Shown: positions 24,559-36,700 of the stretch, piece by piece | How positions within the stretch are numbered: position 1 is the first letter of the stretch | How the letters are laid out: each line of letters opens with the position of its first letter | Assembly (NCBI RefSeq): GCF_004010195.1 | Contig: NC_057751.1 | Span: 17,533,380 to 17,595,441 of the forward strand | Direction of reading: 5' to 3' | From: Chiloscyllium plagiosum | Lineage: Eukaryota | DNA length: 62,062 nucleotides | The notes under the pieces: generated by a model | The model's input: the letters and a program-made list of their open reading frames with translations, nothing else | What the model was told of the DNA's origin: nothing | The model's database searches: none | Program-made: the position numbers and the translations under genes

Positions 24559-24984
24559 ACTTGCTGCACAAAAATTTGCGTCCCAACTTTGATCGTGTTT
24601 CTGGTCAATCTGGGGCTGGCAGTGATTGATTTAACTTGATAATGGCCGAATATTCCTCGATTGATGTGGATTATTATCCAGGACAAAGTGCTGCACAAAA
24701 CCGGTTCCCAACTAAAACAATAAACGTTTAATGCACCTGCCATTCTGAATTTGCACTGCAGTAACTCTCCAATGCTCAATTGCTTACTGCGGTGCACAAC
24801 CCATGCACATCTGTGTTAGAGGGTCCATTCTAAGGACGAACATTACCTTCAGTGTTCAAGCCAGTGTCTCAGAATTCATGCGCTTGACTTTAGAATTTAT
24901 ATTAGGATTCTCGGGAATGGATTGCCATGGCTTTCATCTTTACATCGTCAATTTCTACAGGAATCGTTACAGAAGACTGAAGGA

Positions 24985-26405
24985 GAGCAAAAGTTGTCCC
25001 CTTGTTCAATAAGGTGAAAAGAGACAGCCCTGGTAACTATAGACTTGTGAGCCTTATTTCAGTTGTGGGATAAATGTTGGGAAACGTTATAAGAGATAGG
25101 ATTTATAATCAGCAAGAAAGAAATAAGTTCATTAGGGATAGTCAACAAGGTTTTGTGAAGGGTCGGTCGTGATTTACTAACGTTATTAAGTTCTTTCAGA
25201 AGGTGACAAAACAGGTGGATGCATGCAAAGGCTATTTCAACATTGTATATGAACTTCAGTAAGGCATTTGATAAAGTTCCCGACGGTCGACTACTGCACA
25301 AAATACAAAGCCACGGCATAGAGTGTGCTTTCGAAGTTTTGATCAGAAATTGGCAAGCTGAAAGAAGACAGAGGGTGTTCTTTGAAAGGCAATGAACATC
25401 CTGGAGTTTAGTGATGAGTTGCATACCGCAAGCATCTGTTTTTAGTCCACTGCTGCATTTTTATAGATGACCTTTTTGAGGACGTAGAAGGATGGGTGAC
25501 CAAATTTGGGGATGGCATTAAGTATAACTTGAGATAGTGCCAAAGGAAGTTGTAGGTTGTAGAGGTACATAGCCAGGCTGCACAGCTGGGCTGAGAGGTG
25601 GCAAATGGAGCTTAATAACAAAACGTTTGAGGGATTCACATTGGTAGGAGTAACAGGAATGCAGAGTACTGGGATAATCGTAACATTCTTGGTAGTGTAG
25701 GTGAGCAGACAGATCTCAGCGTTCAAGTACATAAAGCGCTGAACGATGCCACCCAGGTGTATAGCATTATTAAGAAGGCCGACTGTGTGTTCGTCTTTTT
25801 TAGGAGAGTGATTGAGTTTCGGAACTATGAGTTCATGCTGTATTGTAAAGGAAAAACTCTAGTGCAGCCACACTTCAAGTACTTCATACCATTCTGGTCA
25901 CTGCATTATGGGAACGATGTGGAATCGTTGGAAAGGGGACAAAGGAAATTGTGTAGGATGTTGCCTGGTATGAAAGGAAGGTCCTCCGAGGAAAGACTGA
26001 GCGACTTGAGGGTGTTTTCGTTGGAGAGAAGAAGGTTGAGACGTGACTTAATTGAGGCATATAAGCTAATCAGTGGCTTAGATAGGGTGGACAGTGAGAG
26101 CCTTTTCCCTGGGATGGTGATGAATAGCGTGGAGCACGTAGCTTTAAATTGAGGGGTGATGGATGTAGGACAGATGTCAGAGGTAGTTTCTTAACCCAGG
26201 TACTAGAAGGGGCGCGGAAAGAACTACCTGCAACAGTTGTAGACTCACCAACTTTAAAAGCATTTAAATAGTTATTGTACAGACATATGGGCAAAAATGG
26301 AAGAGTGTAGATTAGATGGGCTTCGTGTTGGTTTCATAGGTCGGCACAACATCGAGGGCCGAAGGGCCTGTACTGCGCTGTAATGTTCGACATTCTATGT
26401 TCTGA
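24985..26405 (+). mobile_element. CR1/HER1-type LINE, 5' truncated, with 3' tail
   Basis: GNYRLVSLIS, YMNFSKAFDKVP, RRRLRRDLIEAYK; ends TTCTATGTTCT. Confidence 0.9.
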
Positions 26406-26974
26406 TGTTAAGATCTGGAGGACTGATAACACCGGAATGGAAATGTTAACTATGTGTTCTTGTTCGAACCGTCGCTAGAGTTGCTCGGCTGCTCTAATGC
26501 TTTCTGCTGGTTCTTGAAAAGAATGAAATGCGTACTCAGAGCATGTGGTCATGACTGAGTGATAGGCAAGTCATGCCAGATATGCGAGCCATTGCGTTTT
26601 GGAAATGGATAAAATCTAAGACATGTTACCCTCATGTAATTACGAGATTTAACCAATTGTTAAGCAATGGTATTTGCAGTGAAAACAAAGATAATAGATT
26701 CGATTGATGAAACAGGTCAACTGCGTGGATATGTAATCAATGGATATATGGCTACTAAGTCAGTTACTACTCAGTAAGACTTTAAGATAGTAGTGAGGAT
26801 TGGAGATGTAACAGGCGGGCATAAAGGTAGACGAGAAACAGTAGGAGAGTAAATTTCAAGCACTGTCAGACTCTTATCAAAGATTTGCAGAATGAACAGC
26901 AGACAAGAAAGGAAACTATAGCAGTAGGGGTTGCAGAGTAAATGTCACATTTTATTAAAATACCAAGGACTTAC

Positions 26975-27191
26975 CAGTGACTGCAACAATAGCGAGAATT
27001 GGATAATAAATGAATTGGGTAATCCGAAGGATTGTACGAATGTGGTGTTTGACTGGCTTCCGATGACTGGTGGAAAAGTAACTCAACATTTCAAAAAAAC
27101 CCCTCACCTTTGTTGCACTATTCCAATCCATTATTCTCACATTTTGAACCATTGCTGTACCATTCCAATCTGATGTAACATTCCAATCCAT
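26975..27191 (-). CDS. GPR139/GPR142-like GPCR, exon 1 (repeat-built N-terminus and start of TM1)
   Basis: MDWNVTSDWNGT...QFIYYPILAIVAVT then G|GTAAGT donor at 26975/26974; phase 1 joins exon 2 as GCT (Ala), giving 1119 nt = 372 aa plus stop. Choice of start codon is inferred. Confidence 0.85.
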
Positions 27192-27346
27192 TTTTGTACA
27201 ATGCCAAACGATTGGCCTGAATTTCCAATCCACTCTCTTACTTTTCAATGCATTGTTCTTGGTTTCGATTCCAATGTTTATCAATCCAATCTATTGTTGC
27301 CAGATTCCAGTATATTGTTTGATCATTCTAATCTAGTAGTGATTAC
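27121..27346 (-). repeat. Degenerate tandem repeat of about 21 bp spanning the GPCR start codon
   Basis: TTCCAATCCA-like motifs at about 27121, 27163, 27181, 27202, 27223, 27243, 27284, 27305, 27326. Confidence 0.75.
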
Positions 27347-28570
27347 TAAATACGATCTCCTTTCCTTTCGCTCTTTCGCTCTGGCCCCCCACTCTCTCTG
27401 TCACTGTCTGCCTCTTTGTGCTGAGGCTGTTGCTCCAATGACATGATGAGAAAACACATCGATTGATGTCCCTTACTAATAGATATAGTACACGCTGCTG
27501 TGAAACAGTTAGGATCCATGGGGAATGGCATTGGAGAGAGTTACTCAACTAACGTGTTCAATTATGTCCTTTCAATTCAACTCCCTCTGTACCAGAATAG
27601 AATTATGTGTTTACCCAAGTGACATTGGAGCTTGCCTGTGGAAAGAGTGATGTGATTAGTGAAGGCACAGACTGTAAAACTGGAGTCGGGCTACAGTCTG
27701 AGCATTGCAAGTGCTGAGAGCTGTTTAAGAAAGTGAATAAATATACCATAAAACAGTGGCCATTGTGCAAATTGAAATCCAAAGCTTAAGGTGCCTGCGG
27801 AATCATTAGGCATGACGCATTGGAAAAGGAAGTTTAGAGCAGTTGTTCACACAACAAAGAGAGAAAAAGCGTATTTAGCCATATTCAGCTGACAGAGACA
27901 TTGAACCAGCTCCGCTGTTCCAAAACACGGTCACTCAGTACATTTCTTCGTGCCTTGACATCGTTACTAACTCTGAAACTCTCTGTCTCTAATAAGGAGC
28001 TCGCATAGTTTTCTGGGGCAGAGAATTTCAAAAATTCATTATTCTCTGAGTCAAAACATACCTCGCTTTTATTGCTTTCCTTTTTTCTGAAATAGTTCTT
28101 GAGTATGAGCCCAGATTACCAGCTAAATATTCACCTTGCACTTACTGCCCCTTTAAAAACATTAGAAATTTCTTGGATGCTATGAAATATTTCTAATTCC
28201 AGATATTCCAGCCTTCCCAATTTAAGGCAAGGTGAGCCTAACTGCAAATAATACTCTCGTTTCGGTCTTATACAATTCCTTTGGTTCAAGACGTCTTGCT
28301 CATGTAATCCAATCCCGTCATGTTAAAAGTGTTGTCAATCTTCTGAACTGCTTGTTTCATGTGCAGGATCACTTTCGTTCACTCATTCACAGGTCCACAG
28401 GCTGTTTTGGGCATTAGCACTTCATTGTTTGCTTTCAGTTGATGTTATGACTGACAATGTTAGTTCCCAAAATAAGAGTTGGCATGGGAGATAATATGGA
28501 AACTGAAAGATGTGCCGATGCTGTAAATCAGAAACAAAGAGAAAAATTGCTGCGGAACACTTCTTAGTAA

Positions 28571-28770
28571 AGAGTTAAAAATCACACAACACCAGGTTAT
28601 AGTCCAACAGGTTTAATTGGTCCAACAGGTTTAATTGGAAGCACACTAGCTTGCGGAGCGATGCTCCTTCATCAGGTTCCTTCAATTAAACCTGTTAGAC
28701 TATAACCTGGTGTTGTGTGATTTTTTTAACTTCGTACACCCCAGTCGAACACCGGCATCTCCAAATCATG
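28571..28770. mobile_element. Palindromic Penelope pLTR-derived mini-insertion (second family) with about 12-bp TSD
   Basis: Arms AGTTAAAAATCACACAACACCAGGTTATAGTC / GACTATAACCTGGTGTTGTGTGATTTTTTTAACT; TSD ACTTCTT(A/C)GTAA at 28559-28570 and 28771-28782; hammerhead-like motif on minus strand 28644-28677. Confidence 0.85.
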
Positions 28771-28989
28771 ACTTCTTCGTAAGGTTCAGTCGAGCCAGCA
28801 TGTTAACTCTGATTTCTTTCCAAAAATGCTAACATCATAGGTTTCTTTGTTGTGCTTGAATGCTTAACACAATGGTTATTCAATGCAAAATATCCATATG
28901 AGCTGCAGATGTTCTTCAAATGCAGGAGGGAAGGTTCTGACATATCTTATGAAGTAGAAAAAATGTACCTCAATATAGAAGAAAAATCA

Positions 28990-29290
28990 GAATATCAGAA
29001 GTAGAAAAAAACGATCCACCAAACAACTCAGACTACCTTTCATACTGATACCTCTATTAATCAAACTTTATTTAAGCCTTGAGGATACACAAACACGCCA
29101 GCTCTCTGTGATAAGGAGTTCCAAAACCTCACAACTCTCTGAGAGAAGAAAATCCTCCTGACCTCAGTCTTCAAGTGGAATCCCTTTATTCTGAGGCAGT
29201 GTTCGCCGGCTCTGGATTTTCCCTGTAGATGCCCTCTCAGCAGCCACACCCAGTCCCCGATTTTATCGCTTTCTGAAGTCTTTCTCAATT
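28990..29290 (-). mobile_element. CR1/L2-type LINE 3' fragment
   Basis: KTEVRRIFFSQRVVRFWNSL. Confidence 0.8.
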
Positions 29291-30097
29291 TGAATAATAC
29301 TGTTCAGTTGATCTCCCTTCCAAACTGAGTAGCTTCACATTTCTCTCACCGTGGACTCCATTTCAATGCTTCCCTGTTGATTTTGACTGGGAAAGGGAAT
29401 AGACGTAGCAGGGTGGTAGGTTGTTCAATGCAACATGTTTGAACAGTGGTGAAGATTCCGTTTAAAATGCATTGTGTCCCCAACGATAATTGTCCATTTT
29501 TGACTATTAGACTCAGCAGAATAGCCGATGTAATGCAAAACAAGTTTAAGGGAGAAATTGAATCATTTTCTGATCCCAGATTCGATCGGGAAGTTTGCAG
29601 ACTACCACTCATCTACAAATAATGTAGAATAATAAGCAATTCTTCCCTGCAAGCCGGCTTCAGGAGACAACCAGAACACGGCTGATGTAATTTTCAGGAC
29701 AACTCTAGATTGCTACATATTCGCTTTGGGAATCAAACATCTATTTACCTCGATCTACAAAATATTCGAGCATTTGTTACACACTACCTTATGAGGAATG
29801 AAATTCCAAAAACACGCTTCTCTCTAAGAGAAGAACATATTTTCTCTTCTGTGTCTTCATTGGCGCTTGTTTGTTTAAAAGCCATGACCGCTAGTTTTTG
29901 AATTTCTCACAAACGGTAAGAGCCTATCTATTTTCAGGCATTCAAGAACCGTCAGAATCTTAGAAAAAAATTAAGTGAATTAACTCTGACTCTTCTACAC
30001 ATTAGGATGTAGACTAGACACTAGACTATCTGTCCTTTCCCGACCAGGTTGTCTATTTGTTCAGTGAAACCATCACAATTGCGTCCATCACATCAGC

Positions 30098-30309
30098 GAG
30101 GAGAAAGTGAGGTCTGCAGATGCTGGAGATCAAAGTTGAAACTTTATTGCTGGAACAGCACAGCAGGTCAGGCAGCATCCAGGGAACAGGAGATTCGACG
30201 TTTCGGGCACAGGCACATCCTGAAGAAGGGCCTGTGCCCGAAACGTCGAATCTCCTGTTCCCTGGATGCTGCCTGACCTGCTGTGCTGTTCCAGCAATAA
30301 AGTTTCAAC
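30098..30309. mobile_element. Palindromic Penelope pLTR-derived mini-insertion with 14-bp TSD
   Basis: Near-perfect arms of about 80 bp; TSD TCCATCACATCAGC at 30084-30097 and 30310-30323; same family as 8859-9057. Confidence 0.92.
30217..30250 (+). ncRNA. Minimal type I hammerhead ribozyme motif
   Basis: CUGAAGA-A-GGGC CUGU GCCC-GAAAC-GUC-GAAU; stem I partly lost at the inversion junction. Confidence 0.6.
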
Positions 30310-31859
30310 TCCATCACATCAGCATCTATTGTGAGATGCTGTCACTTTAAAATGTTATTTTGTCCTTGACTTTTTTTTAAGAAAGGCAGAGGTGCCGAGC
30401 ATTCGAGAGCGTTTAACACCTTACCAATGGAAAGTAGTAAACAGCTTTCCCAGTTCTGATTTTTCTTTTCTGCTTTGGTTTAGCTGTGGCAGTCACAAGA
30501 TTCTGGATACCCGGGCTGGTTTCAAGTTTCAGCGCATGTTTACTGGCTGCATTTTCCCTCTGAAATATTTTGTAATATTGCTCCCCTCTGCCTGTAAAAA
30601 GAAAAGTGTGTTTCAAATTACATTTTTGCCAAGGGGCGTCATTATGGATTATTTCTGAATTGGAATGGATCCTCAGTTAAGTTGCTGAATCGGTTTTGTT
30701 AAGCTTTCAAATAGTTAAATTATTTTAATTTCTGTTTTCTTTTGTTTGTGTTTCAACTGTCGTGTTTCAATAAATTCTGTTTTGCTTGGGGCGGTTTCAA
30801 AAGCTGCATCACACGTGAAATACTTATTCCACATCTGCCTTTCAAACAAGAACAATAATATGGTCTCGGCAGCTTTCTTTATATATTCAGAGCGATCTGG
30901 CCTGTTCAATAATACGAGCACATTCATCAGTACTGAATAAAGGAATCCAGGTACAGTCTTACTATTGTCCTCTATAACTGAAACATTGCCCCCTTACTTT
31001 TGAACTCAATTCCCTTTGTAAACAATTATAGCATTCTATGAGTTTTCTTGATTACTTGCTGAACTGGCATGGTAACCTTCGTTGATTCAAACAGTGGAAC
31101 TGCCAGATACCTCTCTATCTCAGATCTCTACCACCACTCAGCATATCTAAAATGTGTTGATTTCGTTTGTGCTGCATGACTGACATGTGTGTGCAGTGGT
31201 TGGATGCAAGTGCAATTGTGGATCCCATCCGAAAATCTCCCATGCTCTCCATTATTTTGTAGATGTCACATTCATTCAAAGGCACTCGTCCAGATCCTGC
31301 GCTGGGGCCAGGTTTTTTTTTCTCAGCAGAGAGAAGAGCTCCAGAAATGCCTTGGTATGTATAGAACAGGTATGCTGAGTGAGATTTATGATGTCTTGAG
31401 CTGACCTGGCACAACTGGAGTAGATCTGTTCAATCCGATTAAAACTAAGTGTTGCACTGAGACATGGGACAAAGGGAACACACAATGGTCCATTTTTTCA
31501 GCAACAGCTGGAAATGTGAGAGCGAGGAACAAGGGGCTGCTGGGAAGACAAATTCCTCCTTTCAATTCTAACCTCATTTAATCAGCGACCTCCTTTTTAG
31601 CAGCAGTAGTGACAGTGAGGACTCGTGCACTTCCAAAAAGATAAATTGCTCCTTTAAAAGCTTGCCTCATGTCAAGAGGGGACACACGCTGAGCTGCAAC
31701 TGCATCGGGACTGCTAAGTGTGTGAGATAATATATTTGGCGGTGGCTTTACCCGAAACACTACTTCGACAGTGTATCCCAACAGTCCTCACCCGCTTTCC
31801 AAAAATAGTTCTGTGTGCCAATTCAGTAAGGTGACTAGATTTTTTAAAAAATAACTCTT

Positions 31860-33203
31860 TTGGAATTCAGAACAGTGGGAATATTTGAAACGGTAGTTGC
31901 ATCCTCATCCTGTAGGATGTGGGAGGCAAGGGTCACCACGCGTGTTCCCACTGACTTCATCTGCGGGAAATGCACTGAACTCCAGTCCTTCGGAAACCGC
32001 TTTAGGGAACTGCAGCTGTCGATGGAGGAAGTTCTGATGACTTGAGAATCGTAATGAGTAATCGAGAGGAGCCCCACCTCAGGTACAGGAAAATGATACA
32101 TGGATTACAATCAAGGAATGGAAAGAGAACCGGCATACAGTGCAGGGATCCCCTGAGGTTGATCCCCTCAATAATAGCTCAACTGTTTTGAATACTGTTA
32201 TGGGGGATTAAGTACACGATATGGAGGAGTTGCGGAGTATAAATTAGGAAGAATTATTAGACGGGAATTGCACATCAGAAATGTGCGGTCTGTTTCAGAG
32301 CACTTGTTGCAAGTGTTGGACAACTTTGTCCCACTGAGATTGGCAAGGATTTGCAAGGTGAAGGAGCGTTACATGACACGAGAAGAACAGTTTCTCGTCA
32401 AGAATAAGAAGGGAGCTTACTTACGGTTGAGCGAGCAAGGATTTGGTACAAACTTAGCAGATTGCAATGTCGCTTGGAAAGGAGTCAATAATGAACTGAG
32501 GAGAGCGAGTAAGGGTCTAGAAATGCTTTGGTGGGAAGTATTAGGGACAGCCCAAAGTTCTGTACTGACATGAGGAAAAACAGAATAATCAGAAAGGATC
32601 GGGCCGTTCCGGGATATTGGAGGAAATTGTCCCTGGAGTCTAATGAGATGGAAAGGCAAAACAAATTGTATTTTTGTTTCAGGATTTACATGAGAGACGG
32701 ACCCTGTCGACAGTGAGAACACCGTGGACGAGGTTACTAGACATGAACGAATTGATATTTCAAAATTGGATGTGCTGGACGTTCTGGGAAGCGTCATTGA
32801 AGATAAGTCCCCAGGGCCGGACCAGATATAGCCAAGGTTACTATGGGAAGCGAGGAGTGAGATGGTTGCGTCTCTGACGATGACATTTGCATCGTCACTC
32901 TGAACGTACGTAGTTCCTGATTATTGGAGAGTCAAATGTTGTCCCTCTGTTCATGAAAGGGAATTAAGGCATCCTGCAGAATTACAGACCAGTCTGTCTT
33001 CCGTCTCTGGATCGTAACGTACTGGAAAGGATGCTGAGAGATAGGATTTGTGACTATTTGCAAAAATGTAGTTTGATTTAAGATAGTCGGCATGATTTTA
33101 TAAAGGGTAAGTCATGCCTCACAAGCCTTATTGAATTATTTGCGGATGTGGGTCAAGTTGATGAAGGTCGAGAAGTGATGCGATGTATATGGATTTCAGT
33201 AAG
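31860..33203 (+). mobile_element. CR1/HER1-type LINE remnant: ORF1 zinc finger joined to ORF2 pieces
   Basis: SSCRMWE...VPTDFICGKCTELQ (ORF1 Cys motif); KSPGPDQI, NYRPVCL, YMDFSK. Confidence 0.85.
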
Positions 33204-33798
33204 TCTAGTTTATTACATGATGCATCATGTTGGAGACCCACTGTTTTAAACGTGGCTCAGTAGAATTCCAAAGAAAAGCAGCAAGTTACAAGATTATATG
33301 GGAAACAAGACATGGACTGAGGCACAAGCTGACTGTTAATTGCAAATTGTCAGAATGGACTGAGGAGATTCCAAATCAAGGGTCAGCCCTAATTGATGCT
33401 ACACATTCCACATGTGGGCAGCATTGAAAGCTATCACCAAACATGCTGTTTACGGAGATCAGTACAAATATTGGAGAGATATCTTTAATTAGAGGAACCA
33501 CACACATTGGCAATACATCGCACACTAATTGACCCGGCTAAACACGTTTGAGCAACTAAGCTACGTGCACGAGCCATACAATAAAATTGAAAAAAGTGAG
33601 CACAAAAACTGTGGCACCTCGAACACATAAGCTGCACTTTAGCATTATATCCACGGGAGACAGGAACGCAGTTATGTGCAGGAGGCTGTAAGGCAACGTC
33701 TCACAGCTGCATGCTAAGTACTATTGTTCTGAGGGGCACTTCAGCAAAACGGTTCCTTCACAGGATGGGAAGCCATAGCCAATAACATGGCTTTCACA
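33204..33798 (-). repeat. 3' LTR (distal end missing at CR1 junction)
   Basis: Begins TGTGAAAGCC directly after purine tract AGAAAAAAGGATGGAC; shares blocks such as GTCAGAATGG, CCAAATCA, GGGCAGCATTGAA, GCAATACATC, TCTCACAGCT with 38589-39264. Confidence 0.75.
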
Positions 33799-36700
33799 GT
33801 CCATCCTTTTTTCTGTTCACAATCAAAGTAACGGGTCAGGAGCTTCAGCAAACGGGGAAACGTGGCCAAAGCCGAGGAGGTGGGCGGTTGACTGGAGGGG
33901 TAGGCTTGGAACTGGACGGGTAGCCCTCATATTCAGAGATATCAGCACAGTCAGGACTGGGAGTCCTTGGCTCAGTGCCAGTGCAGGGCTTCACTGTGAG
34001 AGGGTTTTTACCAGCTGTACTGAAAATGGGGAGGAGAGCAGCAGCAGCAATCAAAAACGCGCTTAACACTGCTTAATAACATTAACAAGGAACGCAAGAA
34101 ACTCTAAAACAACAACAAGGTCAAGAAGCACTTGTAGGAAAGCATTGCCCCAGGACCTGAGCCACGAGACCACCCAATAGCACAAGTCTACCGGGAGCCG
34201 AGTTCCCACTGAGATGGTGATCAATTGCATCGGGTTTCGTGCGTCCATTCGAGTCTTCCTTTGATTTTGGTTGCTGCGTGGGTGGCTAGCAGAATAAAAT
34301 ACAGGCATTCCCATCTACGCTCTAGTTTACCCGGTCCCAGTACTTAAGCTTGGCCTACCTGTGAATATACACGATGGAACGTTTTAGTTAGCTAAGCCAG
34401 GTATTTCCCACTCGTCTTCCACTGTTGTGGCAGTCGTATCAATCATTGGGATGGATCAGATTCATCTACGAAACACATTACTGTTATTTGGCAATATTCA
34501 TGATAAATTACTCGTGACAATTCTATGAAATGAAGTTCTAGAGAAAAGCCAAAGGGTCCAACATGCAATGGAATTATTCTAGAATCCTCCTTGCTAAAGT
34601 GTGTACAGCTATGCACATAATCAGCTAAAACAGGGAGTAGCAAAGAACAAACACAAGCTTGTCACACATAACTTGTCTTGAGCATCGGGGGAGCACCCCA
34701 TTTGAGTCCATAGTTTGTGATCTTCAGCTGGGGCCTCCCTCGTAATTTCTGTATCTTACCCAGGTCTGGTGTGCCCATCATTATATTGTCTCTAACCAGG
34801 TTTTCGTGGGAACACAATAGGATCAGCCGTTTGGATTTCAAGGCTGCCTGCTTGACAGCAGCATCTATCCACTCATTTTCTTTGTAGATTGTATCAGTTG
34901 CCTCATCGTGAGCCTAACATTATGATAGCTGTCAGACTGGTCTGAAAAAAAAATAACAGCATTACTAATAGTATGTCCCGTGGTGGTTAAATCCTCTAAG
35001 TTAACCCAAAGCTCGGTAATCGTGGGCTCTCTCAAAAGCACATCGAGAGTCAGTGTATACTTGCAGCTTTTCCTTTGGTTAGGATGGAAGCATGTCGTTG
35101 ATCGGATTAGCTGCAAGGTAATAGTCCGGATGGTTCGCTCCCCAGTGGTAATTCTTTCCACAGTAAAAGCAAAGACTGCCATTTCTCCCTGGGGGATTTC
35201 GCTGTGTGCCGCCATTCCCAAAACTGGTGTACTGGGGCTTGCCTGTTCCCTTTCCAAGGTCACCTCGGGAAAGTTTTCTCTGCAGTCTTTGCTAGGCGGG
35301 CATTTCAGAAATATTCAGCCCCCATATGTATGCTGGTCCCAGTGAACCTTTTCAGGGTTGGCACATGGGGTTTCCGGATCGCAATGTGGCTGGACATATT
35401 CAGTTGCATCTGTAATTTGAATTGTGACTCGTTCGAGTTGGGGCTATTCCAGTGGAAGACCAATGCTCACCTCCATTGTGATCAGAAATTCTTAAAAGAA
35501 TTCATACTGTTTGTCCGAGTCATGTTGGAAACACCAGAAGAAATGCAGTACAAAAGCAAAACATTAAACAAAAATGTGTTAGTTTCTCGATTGAAGACTA
35601 GTCACCTGCAAATGTTCTGTAACAGGCAACAATCCTCTCCTAAGAATCATCTCCTGACTCCGAAGGATTGGAGTGCATTTCAGTACGTCCCTAATATTTA
35701 CAGGTTGTTGTTAGGCTCATTCTAATGACTAGATTAAGTGGTCCGACTGGTCATAATTGTGAGGGAATCTCTTCTTCAAGTCCTCGTAACTGCAGACAAT
35801 CACTGGGGGTGGCATTATACTTCCAAATTGCCCTTCAGACATACTGAGCAAATTCGGCAGGTTTTTACTTGTGATCAGGGACTTGCTTCATCAACATTAC
35901 TCTACTTTCCGAGACAGCCCCTGTTTAAGGATGGCTCAGGCCACTCACCTCCATGATGTCGACTATGAAGCCAGTTAGCGAAACTGGACCTTCATCTCCA
36001 GAGAAAGGGGAGGGTTATAACCAGATGTGTGCTTTGGAATATCATGAGATGTTAGAGGCTCAGTGGATATCCTTTAATAAAAACCCTATCCCTCATCCCT
36101 ATCTGTGTAATACCCATCACTAAATAGTGCCGGTGTGCCAGGCATAGGCACAGGATCCCGAGTGACACTGAGGTTCTTTTGCAGCGCTTTTGCTTCAGCT
36201 CCCTCTTTTATTCACACTTTCCACTATATCGCCGACTTCGATTGCCAATAGGATGCACAATGCTCAATTTGTTTTAAGATATGGCACAGCTTAACATTAA
36301 TCAATACAGCTATGATTCTAACCAATAATGAGACAATATTATAAATCACAGACAATACGTGAAGGTATAAAAGCTAATTAACCTTGCCAATTAATCAAAG
36401 TTATGCAATTCAGGACTATTACGAATGGTTTTAAAAACATTGACTAATATAACCATACTGTTATCAAGAGATAGCAGATAAACAAGTTACGAAGATATTT
36501 CACTGTTAATGAATAAGAACAAACAGATTTCAACGTCACAAAAATGATTCAAATCTGCTTCGTGTTGCAGTCATGAAATTTGCGTCGGGATTGGTCTATT
36601 AACTGCATATCGCACCCAGCATATTAACTCACAAGAATGAGCAAGTATGAGCTTTGTGAAGAGACTTCAATACAAAATGGAAATTCGGCCATTCAAGAAC

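Noticed and set aside
27192..27284. Extension of GPCR exon 1 to the ORF-track start
   Set aside because: Non-ATG start; the first in-frame ATG is at 27191
27121..27346. CRISPR-like periodicity
   Set aside because: Degenerate head-to-tail units with no unique spacers, no cas genes, vertebrate context
35204..35725. 173-aa plus-strand ORF
   Set aside because: Antisense to the inferred orientation of the LTR element, with no recognisable motifs
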